DNA from: an uncultured Coriobacteriia bacterium
GTDB lineage: Bacteria > Actinomycetota > Coriobacteriia > Anaerosomatales > PHET01
Assembly (NCBI GenBank): GCA_963751505.1
Contig: CAVVUM010000011.1
Span: 8,989-72,988 of the forward strand
Direction: 5' to 3'
DNA length: 64,000 nucleotides
Part shown: in pieces, positions 58,576 through 64,000 of the stretch
Position numbering within the stretch: position 1 is the stretch's first letter
Layout of the letters: each line of letters begins with the position of its first letter
The notes under the pieces: model-generated
Database searches by the model: none
The model's input: the letters and a program-made list of their open reading frames with translations, nothing else
Told to the model about the DNA's origin: nothing
Made by a program: the position numbers and the translations under genes

Positions 58576-59325
58576 GTGCCGTCCTACCCGCTGCGAGCTC
58601 TGGTCCTTCGCAAGACCAAGCTGGGTGAGACCGACGTGATCGTCACGCTCGCTTCCGACGAAGGCCGGCAGGTGCGCGCGGTCGCCAAGGGCTTGCGGCG
58701 CCCGGGTTCGCGCTTCGGAGGTCGCCTCGAACCGTTCTCCGTGGTGGACCTGCTCGTGCACACCGGCCGCTCGCTCGAGGTCATCAGCGAGGCTCGCACG
58801 GTCGAGACCCACGCCGCGGTGCGCGAGGACCTCGAACGGTCGGCCGCCGCCGCGGTCGTCGTCGACCTGCTCGACAAGGTGCTCGTCGAGGGTCAGGCCG
58901 AGCCGAAACTCTACGCGCTCGCCGACGTCACCATCGGCACGCTGGAGTCGGCCGAGCTCGAGCGCATCCCGCAGGTCGTGGTGGCGTTCCTGATCAAGGC
59001 GCTTTCCATCCACGGCTACCGGCCCCAGCTCGACGCATGCGTTGCGTGTGCAGCCGAGATCGAGGGTCCCGCGACGCTATCGGCCGGCCACGGTGGCGTT
59101 CTGTGTACCGCGTGCGGTGAGCTCGACCCGGCGTCTCTGCGGTTCCCCGACGCCGCCAGGAGCTGGCTCGAAACGCTCCTGGGCTCGACGATGGCCGAGG
59201 TCGCCTCGCTCGAAATGCCTCCTGCGGCGGTCTCCGACTGCTTCGCGCTTGTACGCTCGTTCGTGACCTACCACGTGCCCGCACGGCTCAAGGCGCTCGA
59301 CTATTTCGCGGGCAGCCTCGTGTAA
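58576..59325 (+). CDS. recO: DNA repair protein RecO.
   Basis: LRALVLRKTKLGETDVIVTL, GGRLEPFS. Zinc finger CVACAA...LCTAC. Confidence 0.9.
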   Translation: MPSYPLRALVLRKTKLGETDVIVTLASDEGRQVRAVAKGLRRPGSRFGGRLEPFSVVDLLVHTGRSLEVISEARTVETHAAVREDLERSAAAAVVVDLLDKVLVEGQAEPKLYALADVTIGTLESAELERIPQVVVAFLIKALSIHGYRPQLDACVACAAEIEGPATLSAGHGGVLCTACGELDPASLRFPDAARSWLETLLGSTMAEVASLEMPPAAVSDCFALVRSFVTYHVPARLKALDYFAGSLV

Positions 59326-59336
59326 GATAGCCCCCA

Positions 59337-59357
59337 CACTCGGCGCGGGGCCGAGTG
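59337..59357 (+). terminator. Hairpin after recO.
   Basis: cactcggc-gcggg-gccgagtg, an 8-bp stem. The T-tract is weak (agttcc). Confidence 0.4.
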
Positions 59358-59382
59358 AGTTCCTCGAGAAGGCATCCACACG

Positions 59383-60303
59383 ATGAGTTCTATGACCTTT
59401 CAGGACATCATCCTGACACTCTCTCGCTACTGGGCCGATCAGGGATGCGTCGTGCTGCAGCCCTACGACACGGAGGTCGGAGCGGGGACGTTCCATCCGG
59501 CGACGACACTCCGCGCACTCGGTCCCGATACGTGGCGCACGGCCTACGTGCAGCCCTCTCGGCGGCCGACCGACGGCCGCTACGGCGAGAACCCCAACCG
59601 GCTCCAGCACTACTACCAGTACCAGGTGATCCTGAAGCCGAGCCCTGACGACGTGCTCGACCTGTACTTCGACTCTTTGCGCGCCATCGGCATCGAGCCT
59701 GCCGAGCACGACGTGCGTCTCGTCGAAGACGACTGGGAGTCGCCGACCCTCGGCGCCTGGGGACTCGGGTGGGAGGTCTGGCTCAACGGCATGGAGGTCA
59801 CCCAGTTCACCTACTTCCAGCAGGTGGGGGGCTTCGAGTGCCGTCCTGTGCCTGCCGAGATCACCTACGGGCTCGAGCGGCTCGCGATGTACATACAGGG
59901 CGTCGACTCGGTGTACGACCTCGTCTGGTCCGTTGGACCCGACGGCCACACCTTCACCTACGGCGACGTCTTCCTGCGCAACGAGCAGCAGTACTCGGCG
60001 TACAACTTCGAGACCGCCGACGTCGACATGCTGCTCGGGCTGTTCACGACCTACGAAGGGGAGTGCTCGCGCACGCTCGAGGCAGGGCTGGTGCTGCCGG
60101 CGTACGACTACGTGCTCAAGTGCAGCCACGCGTTCAACCTGCTCGACGCTCGGGGCGCCATCAGCGTCACCGAGCGCCAGGGCTACATCCTGCGAGTCCG
60201 GGCGCTTGCCAAGGCGTGCTGTGCGGCCTACATCGATCTGATCACACCCGCCGAGGAAGCAAGCAGCGACGAAGAGCCGTCGGCCGAAGGGGGTGAGCGC
60301 TGA
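59383..60303 (+). CDS. glyQ: Glycyl-tRNA synthetase alpha subunit.
   Basis: ORF intact. [65 protein letters not shown]. Confidence 0.95.
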   Translation: MSSMTFQDIILTLSRYWADQGCVVLQPYDTEVGAGTFHPATTLRALGPDTWRTAYVQPSRRPTDGRYGENPNRLQHYYQYQVILKPSPDDVLDLYFDSLRAIGIEPAEHDVRLVEDDWESPTLGAWGLGWEVWLNGMEVTQFTYFQQVGGFECRPVPAEITYGLERLAMYIQGVDSVYDLVWSVGPDGHTFTYGDVFLRNEQQYSAYNFETADVDMLLGLFTTYEGECSRTLEAGLVLPAYDYVLKCSHAFNLLDARGAISVTERQGYILRVRALAKACCAAYIDLITPAEEASSDEEPSAEGGER

Positions 60304-62378
60304 TGACCCGCCGCGACCTCGTGTTCGAGCTCGGGACAGAGGAGCTGCCGTCGTCGGCGGTCTACTCGGCGGTCGAACAGCTTCAGGTGAACGCACCGCG
60401 CGCTCTCGCGGATGCTCGCCTCACCTACGACACGCTCCGCGTCGTGGCCTCGCCGCGCCGGCTTGCACTGCTCGTCGAGGGCCTTGATGAGCGGCAGGAA
60501 GACGCAGTCCAGCGCCACAAGGGGCCGGCGGCAAAGGCGGCTTTCGACGCCGAGGGCAAGCCGACGAAGGCCGCCGAGGGCTTCGCGCGCGGCAAGGGCG
60601 TCGATGTCGCCGACCTCGAGGTGATCGATGAGGCCGGCAACGCCTACGTGTATGCGACGGTCCAGCTCGTCGGTGCTGACGCACTGACCGTTCTCCCCGC
60701 GGTGCTCGAGTCTCTGGCCACCGGCATCGACTGGGCGAAGTCGATGCGCTGGGGCAGCGGCGAGACCCGCTTCTCACGCCCCGTGCGTTGGCTCCTCGCG
60801 CTGTTCGGGTCATCCGTCGTGCCGGTCGGCTTCGGTGGGCTCACCTCGGGCGACGTCACCTTCGGCCACCGCTTCCTCGCGCCGGGACCGCTACGGCTGA
60901 GCGCTGCCTTCGAGTACCTGCCGGCGCTGGAGCACGCGTTCGTGCTGGCCGATCAACAGGTGCGTGCGGAGCGCGTGCGCGAGGGCATCGAGGCTGCGGC
61001 CGCTGCTCACGGCGGTCGCGCGGTCATTCCGACCTCGACGTTTGCCGAGGTCGTGAACCTCGTCGAGTGGCCAACGGTCACCACCGGCGTGTTCGATGAG
61101 GCGTTCCTCGCGGTGCCCCGAGAAATGCTCGAGAACGCCATGACGAGCCACCAGCGCTACTTCCCGCTCGAGCGGGCAGACGGCTCGCTCGACAACCGCT
61201 TCATCGTCGCTCACAACGGCGACCCGGCGCGCTCCGCCGCGATCGTCCGCGGACACGAGCGCGTGATCCGGGCACGCCTCGCCGACGCCGCCTTCTTCTA
61301 CCGCGAGGACTGCGCCACGCCGCTCGAGGACTGGCTGACCAAGCTCGAGACCGTCGTCTTCCAGGAACGCCTGGGGACCGCCGCCGCGAAGGTCGCGCGT
61401 GTCGAGCGCTTGGCGGCCCTGATCGCCGCCAAGGCCGATGCGCCTGCCGACGTGAGCGCCGAGGCGGCGCGCGCCGCGCATCTCGCCAAGGCCGACCTCG
61501 TCACCAACGCGGTCATCGAGTTCACCGACCTGCAAGGCGTCATGGGTCGCTACTACGCCGAGAACTCCGGTGAGTCGGCGGGCGTCGCGCTCGCGATCGA
61601 GGAGCACTACCGGCCGCGCTACGCCGGTGACGAGGTGCCGTCGACTCCTGCGGGGCGCATCGTGTCGGTCGCCGACAAGGCGGACACCATCTGCGGCATC
61701 TTCGTGGCCGGTCTCGCCCCCAAGGGCTCGTCGGACCCGTTTGCGCTGCGTCGTTCGGCCATCGGCGTCTTGCAGATCTCGCTTGCGGGTCTGCCGCTCA
61801 ACATCCGTGAGCTTATCGCCGACGCGCTCGGGGGCCTCGTTGGCGTGGTCGACGGCTTCGACCCCGACGAGGTGGGCACCGCCGTCTATGCCTTCTTCAT
61901 GGCGCGGCTGGAGGGGATCTTGCGCGATCGCGGCTTCGACGCCGAGACGATCGCTGCGGTGCTCGACGCCGCCGGAGAGCGGCCCGCGGACGCGCTCGCA
62001 CGCTGCGAAGCGCTCGCGTCGGCTCGCGCAGGTGCGCCCGATGCGTTCGAGGACCTGTCGGTCGCCTTCAAGCGCGCGGCCAATCTCGTCGGGAGCGCTC
62101 CGGTGACGACCGATCGCGCGCTCATGGGCGAGCACGAGGCCGCGCTCGCCGATGCGCTCGATGCCGCGAGCGAGCGGGTCGACGAGCTGTTCGCGCAGGG
62201 CGCCTACGGGGCGGTGCTCGAGGTCTACGCGCAGATGCGCGGACCGATCGACGACTTCTTCGAGAACGTGCTGGTGATGGATCCCGACGAGCGCCTGCGG
62301 GCGAATCGGCTCGGTCTGCTCGCCCGCTTCGTCGCGCTTTTCGCCCGGTACGCGGACTTCAGTCGCCTCGCGAGCTGA
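60303..62378 (+). CDS. glyS: Glycyl-tRNA synthetase beta subunit.
   Basis: ORF intact, 691 aa. LVFELGTEELP, SPRRLALLV, HQRYFPL, DLQGVMGRYYA, DPFALRR. Confidence 0.95.
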   Translation: MTRRDLVFELGTEELPSSAVYSAVEQLQVNAPRALADARLTYDTLRVVASPRRLALLVEGLDERQEDAVQRHKGPAAKAAFDAEGKPTKAAEGFARGKGVDVADLEVIDEAGNAYVYATVQLVGADALTVLPAVLESLATGIDWAKSMRWGSGETRFSRPVRWLLALFGSSVVPVGFGGLTSGDVTFGHRFLAPGPLRLSAAFEYLPALEHAFVLADQQVRAERVREGIEAAAAAHGGRAVIPTSTFAEVVNLVEWPTVTTGVFDEAFLAVPREMLENAMTSHQRYFPLERADGSLDNRFIVAHNGDPARSAAIVRGHERVIRARLADAAFFYREDCATPLEDWLTKLETVVFQERLGTAAAKVARVERLAALIAAKADAPADVSAEAARAAHLAKADLVTNAVIEFTDLQGVMGRYYAENSGESAGVALAIEEHYRPRYAGDEVPSTPAGRIVSVADKADTICGIFVAGLAPKGSSDPFALRRSAIGVLQISLAGLPLNIRELIADALGGLVGVVDGFDPDEVGTAVYAFFMARLEGILRDRGFDAETIAAVLDAAGERPADALARCEALASARAGAPDAFEDLSVAFKRAANLVGSAPVTTDRALMGEHEAALADALDAASERVDELFAQGAYGAVLEVYAQMRGPIDDFFENVLVMDPDERLRANRLGLLARFVALFARYADFSRLAS

Positions 62379-62379
62379 C

Positions 62380-63198
62380 ATGGAGCAGCTGCCCATCTCG
62401 ATCCACGTGGTCTCCGACTCGCTCGGCGAGACCGGCGAGATGGTAGCGCGCGCTGCCGCGGCACAGTTCGGTACTGGCGCGTTTCGGATCGAGCGGCTGC
62501 CGAAGATCGCTTCTCCGGAGCAGCTGCGCGAGCTCGTCAACTCTCACTGCGGCATGCACTGCCTGTTCCTCTACACGCTCGTGAACGACGAGCTGTGCGC
62601 GGAGATGGAGGCGCTCTGCCGAGAAGGCATCAACGGAGTCGACCTATTCGGTCCGGCAGTTCGGGTGCTCGGAGAGGTCACCGGACGCACTCCTACGGGC
62701 GAGGCCGGCGGCATCCGCAGGACCGATCAGGACTACTTCGACCGCATCGAGGCGATGGAGTTCGCCGTCAAGCACGATGATGGCCGCAACGCAGAGGGAC
62801 TCCTCGAGGCCGACATCGTGTTGGTGGGCGTATCGCGGACCTCCAAGACACCGCTTTCGATGTATCTCGCGTTCAAGGGCTACCGCGTCGCCAACATCCC
62901 GCTTGCGCCGGGCATGAGCCCTCCGCCCGAGCTCTTCGAGGTCGACCCGCGCAAGATCTTCGGTCTTGTCACGCGCGGGGAGACGTTGGTGGAGATCCGC
63001 ACGGCGAGGATGCACGAGTTGGGAACCCTCGTTCCGCACTATGCGGAGCGAGAGGCTATCGAGGCCGAGATGGCCGAGGCGCGCTCACTGATGCGCTCGC
63101 TCGGCTGCATCGTCGTGCATACCGACGACCGCGCCGTCGAGGAATCGGCGCAGGAGATCATCAGACACCTGAACGGCAAGGTCAGGAGCGTGGACTAG
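62380..63198 (+). CDS. Pyruvate, phosphate dikinase regulatory protein (PDRP, DUF299 kinase/pyrophosphorylase).
   Basis: ORF intact. IHVVSDSLGET, P-loop-like VGVSRTSKTPLSMYLA. Directly upstream of ppdK. Confidence 0.88.
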   Translation: MEQLPISIHVVSDSLGETGEMVARAAAAQFGTGAFRIERLPKIASPEQLRELVNSHCGMHCLFLYTLVNDELCAEMEALCREGINGVDLFGPAVRVLGEVTGRTPTGEAGGIRRTDQDYFDRIEAMEFAVKHDDGRNAEGLLEADIVLVGVSRTSKTPLSMYLAFKGYRVANIPLAPGMSPPPELFEVDPRKIFGLVTRGETLVEIRTARMHELGTLVPHYAEREAIEAEMAEARSLMRSLGCIVVHTDDRAVEESAQEIIRHLNGKVRSVD

Positions 63199-63307
63199 GG
63201 GAGCGATCGAGGGCACGGCAGCGAAGGACCGGGGCGCCCCGGCTGATGCGGCGGCTACGGTATCATGCAACTCGCTGGGGAGCCCGGGAGAGAGAGGGGT
63301 AAGGGAG

Positions 63308-64000
63308 TTGTCTGACGTCAAGCGCGTATACGCGTTCGGTGGGGGTAACACCGAGGGCAACAAGTCGATGAAGTTCGTTCTCGGCGGCAAGGGTGCCAAC
63401 CTCGCCGAGATGGCCAACATGGGCCTGCCCGTACCGCCGGGCTTCACCATCACCTGCCAGGCCTGTGTGGAGTACTCCAACTCCACGCCCGCCACCTTCC
63501 CGGAGGGACTTGCCGAGGAGATCGCCGCCTACGTGGCCGACCTCGAAGGCAAGATGGGCAAGACGCTCGGCGAAGCGAACGACCCGCTGCTCGTTTCCGT
63601 GCGCTCGGGCTCTCCTTTCTCGATGCCGGGCATGATGGACACCGTACTGAACCTCGGGCTGAACGACGCGTCGGTCCAAGGGCTCATCGCCCAGACCGGT
63701 AACGAGCGGTTCGCGTGGGACAGCTACCGACGATTCATCCAGATGTTCTCGAAGGTTGTGCTCGACGAAGAGGATCGAAACCCCTGGCACGCGGGCGACC
63801 GGTTCGAGAACGCCATCCAGACGATGAAGAACGACCGGGGCGTGAAGAACGACACCGACTTGAGCGCAGAGGATATGAAGAAGCTCGTCTCGGTGTTCAA
63901 GGGCATCGTGAGCGAGTACGCGCCCGCCGCGAACTTCCCCGAGCTCGTGGTTGGCGGCCATGTCGTCTTCCCGCAAGACCCCGCCCAGCAGCTGCATCTC
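63308..64000 (+). CDS. ppdK: Pyruvate, phosphate dikinase, N-terminal part (continues past the window end).
   Basis: TTG 63308 with RBS aagggag. My translation: KRVYAFGGGNTEGNKSMKFVLGGKGANLAEMANMGLPVPPGFTI, LVSVRSGSPFSMPGMMDTVLNLGLND, ERFAWDSYRRFIQMF. No stop up to 64000. Confidence 0.9.
   Translation, partial: MSDVKRVYAFGGGNTEGNKSMKFVLGGKGANLAEMANMGLPVPPGFTITCQACVEYSNSTPATFPEGLAEEIAAYVADLEGKMGKTLGEANDPLLVSVRSGSPFSMPGMMDTVLNLGLNDASVQGLIAQTGNERFAWDSYRRFIQMFSKVVLDEEDRNPWHAGDRFENAIQTMKNDRGVKNDTDLSAEDMKKLVSVFKGIVSEYAPAANFPELVVGGHVVFPQDPAQQLHL

Overview
This is a GC-rich bacterial chromosome segment (roughly two-thirds G+C by eye). It is densely packed with about 60 protein genes and 2 tRNAs, almost all conserved housekeeping functions.

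Gene order, left to right: rlmD-like methyltransferase; REC-PilT; a GT2 / PIG-L deacetylase / unknown 529-aa protein cassette; mini-ferredoxin; plsY plus a lipid kinase; tRNA-Arg; EF-G2 paralog; cyclophilin lipoprotein; TPR protein; ndk; a four-subunit sulfhydrogenase-like (group 3b type) [NiFe]-hydrogenase; radC-mreBCD-mrdA-rodA; DUF697; radical-SAM / DUF2344 / RNase G; rplU-rpmA-obg-proBA-nadD-yqeK-LCP-rsfS; EamA; tRNA-Ala; leuS; comEA-comEC-holA; rpsT; lepA-hemW-hrcA-dnaJ-rsmE-mtaB; phoH-HD-ybeY-dgkA-corC-cdd-era; deoC; recO; glyQS; PDRP-ppdK.

The gene order mixes Bacillus yqe-region and actinobacterial arrangements, which suggests a high-GC Gram-positive lineage. The exact taxon cannot be determined from the sequence alone. 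I saw no transposase, integrase, phage, CRISPR, toxin-antitoxin or recognisable defence genes.

The dominant anomaly is technical. By hand count there are roughly 130 single-base reading-frame breaks between 1 and about 54.2 kb. They hit essential genes (leuS, obg, holA, mreBCD, mrdA and others). Most are +1 shifts (an extra base), and they are clustered. The last ~9.8 kb has none. The M-start ORF track therefore fragments most real genes, and I report repaired full-gene spans; break positions are good to about 15 nt.

I did not find a convincing new multi-gene system. The best candidates for follow-up are:
- the GT2 / LmbE-type deacetylase / BshC-like cassette (3084-6124)
- the orphan REC-PilT fusion
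- the uncharacterised radical-SAM / DUF2344 pair next to RNase G
- a hydrogenase large subunit that ends exactly at the metal-site His
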